A stretch of 64,000 bases of DNA from Thermodesulfobacteriota bacterium (GCA_049322355.1 JBMORG010000006.1:22495-86494), one strand, 5' to 3'. Shown: positions 36,064 through 46,112, counted from the first letter of the stretch. Notes: generated by a model from the sequence alone, not told the origin. Numbers and translations: made by a program.

Positions 36064-38034
36064 ATGGGGGGGGAAACCATTTCAGTCCGCAGCCAGTCGG
36101 TTATTGACGCTCTTCCCAGAATACACCTGAATCGAATCGAACGGGCCGTCCAACGAGCCACTGCCGCCATGCTGGAAATGCAGAATCCGGAAGGGTACTG
36201 GTGGGCCGAATTGGAGTCCAACGTCACCATCACCGCAGAGTATATCATGCTCCACCGGTTTTTGGGACTGGATGAAAGCAAAGTTCCCCGGATGGCGGCG
36301 GATATCTTGAGTCGGCAACTGCCCAACGGCGGCTGGTCCATTTGGTTTGGCGACAATGGAGAAATTAGCGCCACGGTGGAGGCCTACCTGGCGCTAAAAA
36401 TTGCGGGTCTGCCGGCTGATGATCCCAGGATGCGCAAAGCCCGGGAGTTCATCCTCTCCAGGGGCGGCGCTTTGAAGACCCGGGTCTTTACGCGCATCTT
36501 CATGGCCCTGTTCGGCCAGGTGAGCTGGGACGGCGTCCCGCTGTTGCCGGTGGAATTCATGCTTCTGCCGCCCTGGTCCGGGTTGAGTATCTATGAATTT
36601 TCCAGTTGGACCCGGCTCACCATCGTTCCCCTGATGATCATCATGGCCAAGCGCCCGGTCAAGCCTTTACCCCCGGAACAGGGGGTGCAGGAGCTTTTCC
36701 TGTCCTCTGACGACCCCTTTTCCCAGCACCGGGTGGCCTGGAAGCAGAACGCACCCTTGCTGGAAAATATGTTCATCATCCTGGACCGGATTCTGAAGCT
36801 GTACGCCTGGCTGCCCCTTTCCTGGCCCCGGAACTTCGCCATCAAGAGAGCGGAAGCCTGGATCCTGGAACACCAGGAAGAAAGCGGCGATTGGGGAGGG
36901 ATCCAGCCTCCCATGGTGAACTCCCTCATGGCTCTGCATTGTCTGGGTTACGACTTGGAGCATGACGTCATGCAGCGGGGTCTGAAGGCCCTGGAATTCT
37001 TTACCCTGGAGAAGGATGACCGCCTCTGGCTGCAATCCTGCATTTCTCCGGTGTGGGACACCGCCCTGGCGGTCCGGGCCCTGGCCGCCGCCGGGGTGCC
37101 ATCGGCCCATCCTGCTATAAACAAGGCCACTTCCTGGCTGCTCTCCAAGCAGATTTTTAAACCCGGCGATTGGAGCATCAAGTGCCCCGACCTGCCGCCG
37201 GGAGGCTGGGCCTTCGAGTTTGTCAACAACTGGTACCCGGACGTGGATGACAGTTCCATGGTCCTGGTGGCATTAAAGGAAGGCCTGGAGGATACGGCCA
37301 GGCACCAGGCGGCCCTGCAGCGCGGCATTAACTGGTGCCTGGGGATGCAATCGAAAAACGGCGGCTTTGCTTCCTTTGATAAAGACAACACCAAGGAATG
37401 GCTTAACGCCATTCCCTTCGGGGACCTGAAAGCCCTGGTGGATCCGCCCACCGAGGATATCACGGCCCGCATCCTGGAGATGATGGGGGCCTTTGGCCAC
37501 GGTTTGGACCACCCGGTGGCGGCCCGGGCTCTGGAATTCCTCAAAAAGACTCAGCATCCCGACGGCCCCTGGTGGGGCCGCTGGGGGGTGAACTACATTT
37601 ACGGCACCTGGTCGGTGTTGGCAGGGTTGGCCGCCATTGGCGAAGACATGAACCAACCCTACGTCCGCCGGGCCGTGGCCTGGCTTAAGGAGCATCAACT
37701 TCCCAACGGCGGCTGGGGGGAATGCTGCGAATCCTATCCCAATGCAGAAATGATGGGACAGGGGGTCTGCGGCGCTTCGCAAACCGCCTGGGCCCTCCTG
37801 GGGCTTCTGGCGGCGGGAGAAGTAGATTCCCCCGAGGTGCGCCGGGGAGTGGAATACCTGGTCAAAACGCAGAATGCCCAGGGCCGCTGGGACGAGGAAC
37901 ATTTCACCGGCACCGGCTTTCCCGGGCATTTCATGATTCGCTACCACCTCTATCGGGATTGTTTTCCGTTGATGGCCTTGGGGACTTATCTTCAAGCCCT
38001 TAAGACCTGCGATAGAAAAAATTCTCCCGGCTGA
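36064..38034 (+). CDS. shc: Squalene-hopene cyclase
   Basis: DVDDSS (DxDD) catalytic motif and multiple QW repeats (e.g. QxxxGGWG). 656 aa. Confidence 0.95.
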   Translation: MGGETISVRSQSVIDALPRIHLNRIERAVQRATAAMLEMQNPEGYWWAELESNVTITAEYIMLHRFLGLDESKVPRMAADILSRQLPNGGWSIWFGDNGEISATVEAYLALKIAGLPADDPRMRKAREFILSRGGALKTRVFTRIFMALFGQVSWDGVPLLPVEFMLLPPWSGLSIYEFSSWTRLTIVPLMIIMAKRPVKPLPPEQGVQELFLSSDDPFSQHRVAWKQNAPLLENMFIILDRILKLYAWLPLSWPRNFAIKRAEAWILEHQEESGDWGGIQPPMVNSLMALHCLGYDLEHDVMQRGLKALEFFTLEKDDRLWLQSCISPVWDTALAVRALAAAGVPSAHPAINKATSWLLSKQIFKPGDWSIKCPDLPPGGWAFEFVNNWYPDVDDSSMVLVALKEGLEDTARHQAALQRGINWCLGMQSKNGGFASFDKDNTKEWLNAIPFGDLKALVDPPTEDITARILEMMGAFGHGLDHPVAARALEFLKKTQHPDGPWWGRWGVNYIYGTWSVLAGLAAIGEDMNQPYVRRAVAWLKEHQLPNGGWGECCESYPNAEMMGQGVCGASQTAWALLGLLAAGEVDSPEVRRGVEYLVKTQNAQGRWDEEHFTGTGFPGHFMIRYHLYRDCFPLMALGTYLQALKTCDRKNSPG

Positions 38035-38100
38035 GGGAACTGACAGCTCAAATTTCCCATTTATGAATTATGGTTTCCATTGAGAGAAATGGTGAGAGGT

Positions 38101-38128
38101 ACAGGGGCGGTGTGCGGACCGCCCCTGT
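38101..38128 (+). terminator. 10-bp GC hairpin (family G) after shc
   Basis: acaggggcgg-tgtgcgga-ccgcccctgt. No U-run. Confidence 0.35.
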
Positions 38129-38181
38129 TGCATAATATCCTATTGGCCGCTGATAACCCACCATTCCTTAGTTAAGAGCAA

Positions 38182-39219
38182 ATGTCGGCAATCTCCAACG
38201 AAAACCGAAAACCGAAAACCGAAAACCCTCTCTTCGGGAAAACCCTGGTAACCGGCGGCACCGGCTTTGTGGGCCGGGCCGTGGTGGAAGAACTCCTGGC
38301 AGCCGGACGCACGGTACGGGTCCTGGCTCGCAATCCCGAGCATCCGGCCTTGGCCGGACTGCCGGTGGAAGTGGCCGTGGGCGACCTCCGGGACCAGGAG
38401 TCGCTTCGGCGCGCCCTCACGGATTGCACCCACCTTTTCCATGTGGCCGCGGACTACCGCCTCTGGGTGCCGGATCCCGCGGTCATGTATGCCATTAATG
38501 TGGACGGCACCCGGCAGTTGCTGGAGGCCGCGGCGTCAAAGGGTCTGAACAGAGTGGTCTATACCAGCACCGTGGGCGCCCTGGGCAACCCCGGGGACGG
38601 CACCCCGGGCACCGAAGACACCCCGGTAACCTTGCAGGAGATGGTGGGCCATTACAAGCGCTCCAAGTTCATGGCCGAGGCGGTTGCCTTGGAATATGCC
38701 CGCCAGGGGCTGCCCCTGGTGGTGGTCAATCCCAGCACTCCCGTGGGACCCTGGGACTCACGCCCCACCCCCACCGGCCAGATGCTCGTGGATTTCCTGA
38801 AGGGCCGCATGCCGGCTTACCTGGAGACGGGCCTCAATCTCATCCACGTACGCGATGTGGCCCGTGGACACCTGTTGGCCGAAGCCAGAGGCCAGGTGGG
38901 AGAAAAGTACATCTTAGGGAACGAAAATCTTAGCCTTTCCGAGATTTTTCAACTGTTGGCAGATATCACCGGCCTACCCGCGCCCAAGGTGAAACTGCCC
39001 TACTGGCCGGTTTTGGGATTGGCCTACCTGGATGAGTTCATGGCCACCTATATCCGGCGGCGTCCGCCCCGCATGCCGGTAACGGCCATCCGCATGGCGA
39101 AAAAATTTATGTACTTTGACAACCGGAAAGCGGTAAAATATTTAGGACTCGCCTTAACCCCGGTGCGCCAGGCGCTGGCCGAGGCGGTGGAATGGTTTCG
39201 CCAGCATGGTTATGTGTAA
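38182..39219 (+). CDS. hpnA: Hopanoid-associated NAD-dependent sugar epimerase/dehydratase
   Basis: Rossmann motif VTGGTGFVG and YxxxK (YKRSK). Located between shc and hpnH. Confidence 0.8.
   Translation: MSAISNENRKPKTENPLFGKTLVTGGTGFVGRAVVEELLAAGRTVRVLARNPEHPALAGLPVEVAVGDLRDQESLRRALTDCTHLFHVAADYRLWVPDPAVMYAINVDGTRQLLEAAASKGLNRVVYTSTVGALGNPGDGTPGTEDTPVTLQEMVGHYKRSKFMAEAVALEYARQGLPLVVVNPSTPVGPWDSRPTPTGQMLVDFLKGRMPAYLETGLNLIHVRDVARGHLLAEARGQVGEKYILGNENLSLSEIFQLLADITGLPAPKVKLPYWPVLGLAYLDEFMATYIRRRPPRMPVTAIRMAKKFMYFDNRKAVKYLGLALTPVRQALAEAVEWFRQHGYV
38199..38226 (+). repeat. Perfect tandem heptamer (CGAAAAC)x4 within the hpnA 5' coding region
   Basis: Read directly from sequence. Encodes NENRKPKTENP. 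Confidence 0.95.
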
Positions 39220-39223
39220 AGAT

Positions 39224-39354
39224 GGTTTTTCGTTTTTCGTTAAGGATGACGGGTAGCTTTTTAGGAACCAAAATCATGGTCCTTAAAACCAGGGGAACCG
39301 ATCTGGAATCTTGTTTTGTGCATTTGTGCTATACTTCCCCAATAACGAAAAACC
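39224..39354 (+). promoter_or_regulatory. A/U-rich long-range leader helix upstream of hpnH
   Basis: ggtttttcgtt (39224-39234) is perfectly complementary to aacgaaaaacc (39344-39354). The A-arm ends 6 nt before SD GAGG and GTG 39371. Confidence 0.4.
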
Positions 39355-39370
39355 CAAAACGAGGTCAAGA

Positions 39371-40363
39371 GTGCGATTTCCGTTAAGTCTCAGCGTAGAT
39401 TTGAGTCGCTATCTGCTCAAAAAGCGCGTCCAGGGGGAGGAAAAATTTCCCCTGGTCCTCATGCTGGAGCCCACGCACCAGTGCAACTTATCCTGTAAGG
39501 GTTGCGGCCGCATCCAGGAGTACCGGGACACCTTGGGACAGTCCCTGACCCTGGAAGAGTGCCTCGGGGCCGTGGAAGAATGCGGGGCGCCGGTGGTCAC
39601 TGTCACGGGCGGGGAGCCTTTGATCTATCCCCCGGTTTTTGAACTGTTACAGGAACTGGTGAACCGCCAAAAGCATATTTATCTGTGCACCAACGCCATT
39701 TTGCTGGAAAAATCTCTGCCCCGGCTGCCCCGCTCCGACCGGCTGACCTTGAGTATCCACCTGGACGGCCTGGCCCCTACTCACGACCGCATTCTGGGCC
39801 GGTCCGGAGTGTTCAACCTGGCCATCAAGGCCATCAAGGCCGCCAAGGCTCAAGGGTTCAGGGTCTGCACCAACACCACCATCTACAAGGAAACCAACCT
39901 CCAGGAGATTGAAATTCTCCTATCATACCTGGGCCATATCGGCGTGGACGGCCTTCTGGTGTCTCCGGCCTTCAGCTTCGCCGGGGTAGACGATGAGCTG
40001 TTTATGAGCCGTGAGGAGATTCAGGATAAGTTCACCCGTTTGACAGGCAACGGCCTGAATTTCAAGTTCTTCAGCACGCCGCTGTATCTGAGCTTCCTCC
40101 GGGGGGAGCGGGACTACGAGTGCACTCCCTGGGCCAACCCCACTCGCAACCCCCTGGGGTGGCGGGCCCCCTGCTACCAGATCGTGGACACCCACTACCC
40201 CACCTTTGCCGACCTGATGCGCAAGACCCGGTGGGAGGACTACGGGGTAGGCCGGGACCCCCGCTGCGCCCAGTGCATGATGCATTCCGGGTTCGAACCC
40301 ACCGTGGTCCGCCAGATGAGCGGTTCCGATATCTTGACCATGCTCCGTTGGAATCTCACTTGA
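39371..40363 (+). CDS. hpnH: Adenosyl-hopene transferase (radical SAM)
   Basis: CNLSCKGC radical-SAM motif. N-terminal VRFPLSLSVDLSRYLLKK. GTG at 39371 follows GAGG. Confidence 0.85.
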   Translation: MRFPLSLSVDLSRYLLKKRVQGEEKFPLVLMLEPTHQCNLSCKGCGRIQEYRDTLGQSLTLEECLGAVEECGAPVVTVTGGEPLIYPPVFELLQELVNRQKHIYLCTNAILLEKSLPRLPRSDRLTLSIHLDGLAPTHDRILGRSGVFNLAIKAIKAAKAQGFRVCTNTTIYKETNLQEIEILLSYLGHIGVDGLLVSPAFSFAGVDDELFMSREEIQDKFTRLTGNGLNFKFFSTPLYLSFLRGERDYECTPWANPTRNPLGWRAPCYQIVDTHYPTFADLMRKTRWEDYGVGRDPRCAQCMMHSGFEPTVVRQMSGSDILTMLRWNLT

Positions 40364-40480
40364 TGGGATTAAGCAGAAATTTTGCGCAGAGGGCCGGGAG
40401 GGGACGGCCCTGGGCTCATCCCTGATTTAGACCTTGTTGTGGAACACCCCGTAACCCCGCCCGCCCCCTATTGCCGCTGG

Positions 40481-42130
40481 ATGAACGGCGCCACCCTGGC
40501 ATTGGCCTGCCTGGCGCTCTATCTGCCCCTCTTTTGGCAACTGCCCCTCCTGCGGTCGGAGGCCATGTACGCCCTGATCCCCAGGGAGATGCTGGCGGCC
40601 GGGTCCTGGTTGCTCCCCACCCTCAACGGCGCGCCCTATCTGGACAAGCCCCACCTGCTCTACTGGCTAAATCTTATGAGTTACACTCTCCTGGGAGTTT
40701 CCGATTGGAGCGCCCGGGTCCCTGTTCTATTCATGAGCGTGGGGGAGGTCTGGCTCACCTTTCTCGTCGGCCGGCGTCTCATCGGGCAAAGGGCGGCCTG
40801 GTTGGGCGGAGTTATCCTGCTCACCAGCATCGGATTCTTTGTCCTGCACCTGCAGATTCTCACGGATCACCTCATCAGCCTGACCCTCCTGGCAGCCATC
40901 TATTGCCTGCTGCGCTGGCAGGAGGCGCCGGGCCGCCGCTGGGCCATCCTGTTTTACCTGGCCCTGGTGGCCGGGTTTCTCAGCAAGGGGTTTATCGGCT
41001 TGGTCTTTCCCATCTTGATCGGCCTGATCTATGCCCGGCAGATGCGGGACCGTAGCCTGCTGCGCCTGTTGTTTGCGCCGTCGGGGATCGCCTTGGCGGT
41101 GACTCTTCTGGCTATATGGGGATTAGGGAGTGAGTTGGCCAGTCCCGGCTATCTCAAGTTCCAGATCCTCAACGAACAGCTCATGCGGTTTCTGGGACGG
41201 CGCCACCCCCCGGACGTCAATGGCTTTACCATTCCCGGGTTCTGGCTGTTCTTGGGCATTTGGCTGATGCCCTGGGCCTTTATCCTGCCTTCCGCCCTCT
41301 ACCGTTTCTGGCAGGCCACTGGGCGGAAGGGGGAAGAGAGGTTTGCAGCCCGCCTGCTGATCATTTGGCCCCTGGTGATCCTGGTTTTTTTTACTCTGTC
41401 GTCCAGCCGCATCGAATATTATTCCCTCCCCGCGTTCCCGGCCCTGGCCTTGATCCTGGGGTGGCGGGTCCAGCGTTATCTGGAACGCCCGAATGACCGG
41501 GTCATTACCTGGTCCTTGCTTGCCCTGGGTTTGTTGGGGCTTTCCCTTCTGGTGCTGCTTCCCTATCTGGAACAGGTGTGCGTTCACAACCGGCGGGAGT
41601 TCAGCGGCATGGTGGCCCTGCTCTCACCCATCGCCCGGCGGGCCTCCTGGTTTATCCCGGCTGCGGCCCTGACGGGGGTGGCGGCTGCCCTGCTCCGGCG
41701 TCCTGCCCTGGCAGTGGCCAGTTACGGGGCTCTGGCCCTGGCGCTGACCATTTTCACTTTTCAAAGCTTTGCAGTTATGAATCCCGTATTGTGCGACAAG
41801 CAGGCGGCGGAATTTGTCCGGCAGACGGCGTCGCCCCAGGACCTCCTGATCATGGGGCCCATCGAAGAGTTTGAATACGGGGCTTCCCTGGGATATTACG
41901 CCGGGCGCCGTATCCTCATGGTCCAGCGCAACGGTCTGCCGCAATTTCCCTATCCGGTGGACCCCGCCTTAGACTACATCATCACCCCGGAACACTTGCA
42001 AAAGTTGTGGCAAGGACCGGGGCGGGTTTTTGTCCTCCTGGATGACGCCACTCCTCCGGAACCGTTCATGCAAAACGCCACTGCGGCTTTGATCCTGCCG
42101 GGGAAGCGCCTCTTGGTCAATCATCCTTAG
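40481..42130 (+). CDS. GT-C-fold membrane glycosyltransferase (ArnT/PMT family-like)
   Basis: Polytopic. EAMYALIPREMLAAGSWLLPTLNGAPYLDKPHLLYW is the typical first-loop motif of the ArnT/GT39/GT83 type. The start could be as early as 40382. Confidence 0.7.
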   Translation: MNGATLALACLALYLPLFWQLPLLRSEAMYALIPREMLAAGSWLLPTLNGAPYLDKPHLLYWLNLMSYTLLGVSDWSARVPVLFMSVGEVWLTFLVGRRLIGQRAAWLGGVILLTSIGFFVLHLQILTDHLISLTLLAAIYCLLRWQEAPGRRWAILFYLALVAGFLSKGFIGLVFPILIGLIYARQMRDRSLLRLLFAPSGIALAVTLLAIWGLGSELASPGYLKFQILNEQLMRFLGRRHPPDVNGFTIPGFWLFLGIWLMPWAFILPSALYRFWQATGRKGEERFAARLLIIWPLVILVFFTLSSSRIEYYSLPAFPALALILGWRVQRYLERPNDRVITWSLLALGLLGLSLLVLLPYLEQVCVHNRREFSGMVALLSPIARRASWFIPAAALTGVAAALLRRPALAVASYGALALALTIFTFQSFAVMNPVLCDKQAAEFVRQTASPQDLLIMGPIEEFEYGASLGYYAGRRILMVQRNGLPQFPYPVDPALDYIITPEHLQKLWQGPGRVFVLLDDATPPEPFMQNATAALILPGKRLLVNHP

Positions 42131-42200
42131 TTTTCGTCAAACCTGTGGATTCAACCTGCCCTCTTCCCTGGTGACGGAATATGATACACTATACAGGAAC

Positions 42201-43013
42201 ATGGAAAATCTAAAACTGCGAGCGCCCCGGATGCCGGCGGGCCGGGAGGCAATCTTTCTGTTTATCTTGCTCTTCTTGGGGGTGTTCCCGGCCCTGGCCC
42301 AGCAAGACCGGTATGAGCAAAAAGAAGAGGCGGTCTCCCCCAAGGCCTTGTTTCAATTTCAAAAAGCCGAAAGATTGGCCAAAAATGACAAATTCGATGA
42401 GGCTGTCGCCGCCTACCGGCAAGCCGTCCGCCTGCAACCGGATTATGCCCAGGCCTATCACCAGATGGGCCTGGCTCACGGTCGCCTGAACCAGTATCCC
42501 GAAGCCGTCAAAGCCTTTAAGGAGGCTGTCCGCCTGCAGCCCCAATGGGGCCTGGCTTATGAGAACCTGGGGGTTGCGTCCATAAAAATGGGACGGTGGC
42601 GGGAAGCTAGGGACGCCTTCCAGGAGGCCGTCCGCCTCCATCCGGATAACGCCGAAGCCCATTACAACCTGGGTCTGGCCAACGGCAAGCTGGGGCGGGA
42701 CCAGGAGGCCCGGGTCCAGTTTGCCGAAGCCATCCGCCTCCAACCCGACATGGCCAAAGCGCACAAGAACCTGGGGCTGGCCTACATCAACCTGGGAGAC
42801 ATGGAAAAGGCCGGAAAAGCCCTCAGGGAGGCGGCCCGGCTGAAGCCCGATGATCCCCAGGCCCATTACGCCTTATGTATTTATTACGCCAGGAAAGGCG
42901 ATGCCCAAGCCGCGGAACGTGAATTCCAGACGGTGCAGAAGTTGGACCCCAACCTGGCGCAGAAACTCTCCAGCCTGATGAGCCTCGGGGCGCCTAAGAA
43001 AAAGAAGCCCTAA
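42201..43013 (+). CDS. Secreted TPR-repeat protein
   Basis: Signal peptide FLFILLFLGVFPALAQQ. About 6 TPR units (AxxAYxxAVRLQPDxAxAHxNLG). Start ambiguous (42171/42201/42231). Confidence 0.7.
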   Translation: MENLKLRAPRMPAGREAIFLFILLFLGVFPALAQQDRYEQKEEAVSPKALFQFQKAERLAKNDKFDEAVAAYRQAVRLQPDYAQAYHQMGLAHGRLNQYPEAVKAFKEAVRLQPQWGLAYENLGVASIKMGRWREARDAFQEAVRLHPDNAEAHYNLGLANGKLGRDQEARVQFAEAIRLQPDMAKAHKNLGLAYINLGDMEKAGKALREAARLKPDDPQAHYALCIYYARKGDAQAAEREFQTVQKLDPNLAQKLSSLMSLGAPKKKKP

Positions 43014-43016
43014 GTC

Positions 43017-44144
43017 ATGACTGCCGGTAATAGAGTTTTGCAAGAGCCTCTTGAAGAAAGGGGCCTTATGATCCCTCCCACCTTCATTGAAGAAGTCCGC
43101 TGGAACTGCGACATCGCCAGCGCCAGCCAGTCCGGGCACTTTTCCCTGTGCGGCATGCTGCTGCGTCTGCGCCAGCTCTACAAGTGGGAGCACGGCTTGG
43201 CCCCCTGGGGGGAGCCCGAAGTGGAAGCGGTCCTGTCGTGGATCGCCCGGCGGGAGTCCACCTGGGACGACCTGGAAGAAGCGGCCTGGCGGGATCTGGC
43301 CTGGGGGGACACCGCCCTGGACCCCTTTGCGGTGGACGCCCTCAACGCCCGCCTCATTCCCCAAAAACTGGCGTATGGCGCGGGCCTCAGCCGGGGTCTG
43401 ACCCCCACCTTCTTCCTGGGGGAGCTCCTTTCGGTGCGCCGTGAGGGGCCGTTGACTATCCTCGTCCTGGGGCCGGAGCTGGCCCGGGACCTGGACGCCT
43501 CCCCGGCCCTGTGCCAGGGAACTTTGATCTATGCCCGCTGCCAGGCCCTGGCTTTCTACCTCTGGGACCGTTTGGCCGATCCCGTTCAGCAAGGCAATGC
43601 CTACCTGCAAATTGCTTTGAAGGCCCATAATCTTGTTCTCAGGGAACTGCTCAGGGACCCCGAGGCTCACCAGGAGCAGTTCCAGGCCTTTCTGGCGGGA
43701 GAGCTGGAGGCGGTCATTCGCCACGAAACCGGCGAGGCCCTGGAGCCCAGCCTGAAAGCCGCCTTTCCCGCAATCCTGGAACGCTTCCCCCAGACCCGGG
43801 TGGAGCTTTTTGTCCGGACCCTGAAAGACGCCCTGGCAGACGTCAACGAGTGGGGCCGTCTGGCTTATATCATCGGGGAACGGAACCTGGCTTCTCTGGC
43901 GGTGATGCTGGCCTGGCGACCGGGGCTGTTGCCGGCGCTCTTGCCTGAGTTGGAACCGGCCTTTCAAAAATTTTTAGCAAGCGGCGACTGGGGCGCTATG
44001 GAGGCGGGCCGGCAGCAGGCCCTGGCACGTCTGCGGGGAGTGGCAGAGGGATTAAACGAGCTACTGGAATCGTCGGAGGCAGCCTCCGGCCACTGGCTTC
44101 AGACCGAAATCCACCGGCGTTTTCTAACGCCGTTGGGGTTGTGA
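43017..44144 (+). CDS. Conserved-looking hypothetical protein, 375 aa
   Basis: Begins 3 nt after the stop of the TPR gene. No motif recognised. Confidence 0.55.
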   Translation: MTAGNRVLQEPLEERGLMIPPTFIEEVRWNCDIASASQSGHFSLCGMLLRLRQLYKWEHGLAPWGEPEVEAVLSWIARRESTWDDLEEAAWRDLAWGDTALDPFAVDALNARLIPQKLAYGAGLSRGLTPTFFLGELLSVRREGPLTILVLGPELARDLDASPALCQGTLIYARCQALAFYLWDRLADPVQQGNAYLQIALKAHNLVLRELLRDPEAHQEQFQAFLAGELEAVIRHETGEALEPSLKAAFPAILERFPQTRVELFVRTLKDALADVNEWGRLAYIIGERNLASLAVMLAWRPGLLPALLPELEPAFQKFLASGDWGAMEAGRQQALARLRGVAEGLNELLESSEAASGHWLQTEIHRRFLTPLGL

Positions 44145-44194
44145 AGCTGAACTCTTCTTGAGAAAGAATCTTGATAGCTTCGTAAAAAGGCAAT

Positions 44195-44308
44195 AAATTC
44201 CCTCCCCCTTGATGGGGGAGGGTTAGGGTGGGGGTGAGAAAATTCGAATCTTCGACCATTATCTTCCCCCTCCCCTTAATCCCCTCCCACCAGGGGAGGG
44301 GAAAAGGG
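44195..44308. repeat. Repeat family A, copy A2 (inverted relative to A1)
   Basis: attccctcccccttgatgggggagggttagggtgggggtga ... cccctccccttaatcccctcccaccaggggagggg. Confidence 0.8.
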
Positions 44309-44490
44309 TTTTTTTACGAGTGCATATTCTTTGGACGGTGCTCAGAGCGCACCCTATTTATCCGCCCCACAGAACCTTTGCTTTTTGAAGCGGCGCCCGC
44401 TATAATTAATTAATAAAATTATATTTATGGGTTAAATCCAGGCCGCCGGCGTCGGCAAGCGGGGCCTGGCTTACCCGGATTTGAAAGGCG

Positions 44491-46038
44491 ATGCTCGATC
44501 CCCATCAGGAAAAAGTGCTCATCCTGGATTTCGGCTCCCAGTACACCCAGCTCATTGCCCGGCGGGTGCGGGAACTCAAGGTTTATTGCGAAATCCATCC
44601 CTATATCATGCCGCTGGCCAGCATCCAGGAGTTCGCGCCCCGGGGCATCATCCTGAGCGGCGGCCCCCGCAGCGTCTATGACCGGGACGCGCCCAGCGTG
44701 GACCCGGATCTCTTTACCTTGGGGGTGCCGGTGCTGGGCATCTGCTACGGCATCCAGCTCCTCAACCATCTCCTGGGCGGCGAAGTGGCCCCGGCGCCCT
44801 CCCGGGAGTACGGCCGCAAGCCTTTTACCATCACCAACTTCGACGACCTGTTTTACGGCCTGAACGCCGAAGAGCAGGTCTGGATGAGCCACGGCGACCG
44901 GGTGGACCGTCTGGCGCCGGGTTTCGAGATCATCGGCTTCAGCGACAACTCCCCCACCGGGGCCATCCGGGACACCTCCCGGCGGCTCTATGGCGTCCAG
45001 TTCCATCCCGAAGTGCACCATACTCCCCGGGGCAAGGAGATTCTCAGCAACTTTCTCTTCCGCATCTGCGGGTTAAAGCCTCTGTGGACCATGGCCTCCT
45101 TCATCGAGTCCGCCACCGCCAACATCCGGGAATATGTCGGTGACGACAAAGTCATCTGCGCCCTGTCCGGCGGGGTGGATTCTTCGGTTACTGCGGTGCT
45201 GGTGCACCGGGCCATCGGGGAGCGCCTGACCTGTGTGTTCGTAAACAATGGCCTGTTGCGCAAAGGCGAGGCCGAGGAGGTGTTTCACCTTTTTCGGGAA
45301 CACCACCATCTGAATTTGGTGTACGTGGACGCCACTGTGGACTTTCTCCGGGAGCTTAAAGGCGTCACCGATCCGGAGGAGAAACGCCGCCGCATCGGCC
45401 ACGAATTCATCCGCATCTTCGCAGCGGAAGCCAAAAAGCTGGGAGGGGTGAAATACCTGGCCCAGGGCACGCTGTATCCGGACGTCATCGAAAGCGTCTC
45501 CTTCAAGGGGCCTTCGGCCACCATCAAGACCCACCACAACGTGGGCGGGCTGCCCACGGTGATGCCCTTGAAGCTCCTGGAACCTTTGCGGGAGCTCTTC
45601 AAGGATGAAGTGCGGGAAGTGGGGACGGAGTTGGGCCTGCCGGATTCCCTGGTGTGGCGCCATCCCTTTCCCGGGCCGGGGCTGGCCATCCGCATCCTGG
45701 GGGAAGTCACCCCGGACAAGCTGCATATCCTCCGGGAAGCCGACGCCATCGTCCAGGAAGAGATGCTGGCTTCCGGCTACTACCGCCAGGTCTGGCAGGC
45801 CTTTGCGGTGCTCCTCCCGGTGCGCACCGTGGGGGTGATGGGGGATGAACGCACCTATGAGTACGTCATTGCCCTGCGCATCGTGGATTCCATCGACGCC
45901 ATGACTGCGGACTGGAGCCGTCTGCCCCATGATTTCCTGGCCAGGCTGGCCAACCGCATCATCAACGAAGTGAAAAGGGTCAACCGGGTGGTGCTGGATA
46001 TTTCATCGAAGCCGCCCAGCACCATTGAGTGGGAATAG
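44491..46038 (+). CDS. guaA: GMP synthase (glutamine-hydrolysing)
   Basis: GATase region [21 protein letters not shown]-PPase SGGVDSS. C-terminal dimerisation domain ending PPSTIEWE. Confidence 0.95.
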   Translation: MLDPHQEKVLILDFGSQYTQLIARRVRELKVYCEIHPYIMPLASIQEFAPRGIILSGGPRSVYDRDAPSVDPDLFTLGVPVLGICYGIQLLNHLLGGEVAPAPSREYGRKPFTITNFDDLFYGLNAEEQVWMSHGDRVDRLAPGFEIIGFSDNSPTGAIRDTSRRLYGVQFHPEVHHTPRGKEILSNFLFRICGLKPLWTMASFIESATANIREYVGDDKVICALSGGVDSSVTAVLVHRAIGERLTCVFVNNGLLRKGEAEEVFHLFREHHHLNLVYVDATVDFLRELKGVTDPEEKRRRIGHEFIRIFAAEAKKLGGVKYLAQGTLYPDVIESVSFKGPSATIKTHHNVGGLPTVMPLKLLEPLRELFKDEVREVGTELGLPDSLVWRHPFPGPGLAIRILGEVTPDKLHILREADAIVQEEMLASGYYRQVWQAFAVLLPVRTVGVMGDERTYEYVIALRIVDSIDAMTADWSRLPHDFLARLANRIINEVKRVNRVVLDISSKPPSTIEWE

Positions 46039-46059
46039 GGCATAAGCATCAATTGGGGT

Positions 46060-46112
46060 GCCCAAGCAGAGCTTGGACCAAAATTAGACATTCCCAAGCA
46101 GGAGCTTGGGAA
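46060..46112. repeat. Two adjacent hairpins cccaagcaGAgcttgg / ttcccaagcAGGAgcttgggaa (family E)
   Basis: Read directly, downstream of guaA. Confidence 0.7.

Noticed and set aside
42873-43967. 364-aa ORF on the minus strand
   Set aside because: Antisense shadow of the 375-aa plus-strand gene. Pro/Gly/Gln-rich low-complexity translation. The plus-strand ORF fits the operon spacing (3 nt after the TPR gene).
45073-45930. 285-aa minus-strand ORF, and other ORFs overlapping guaA
   Set aside because: Antisense or alternative-frame shadows of guaA.
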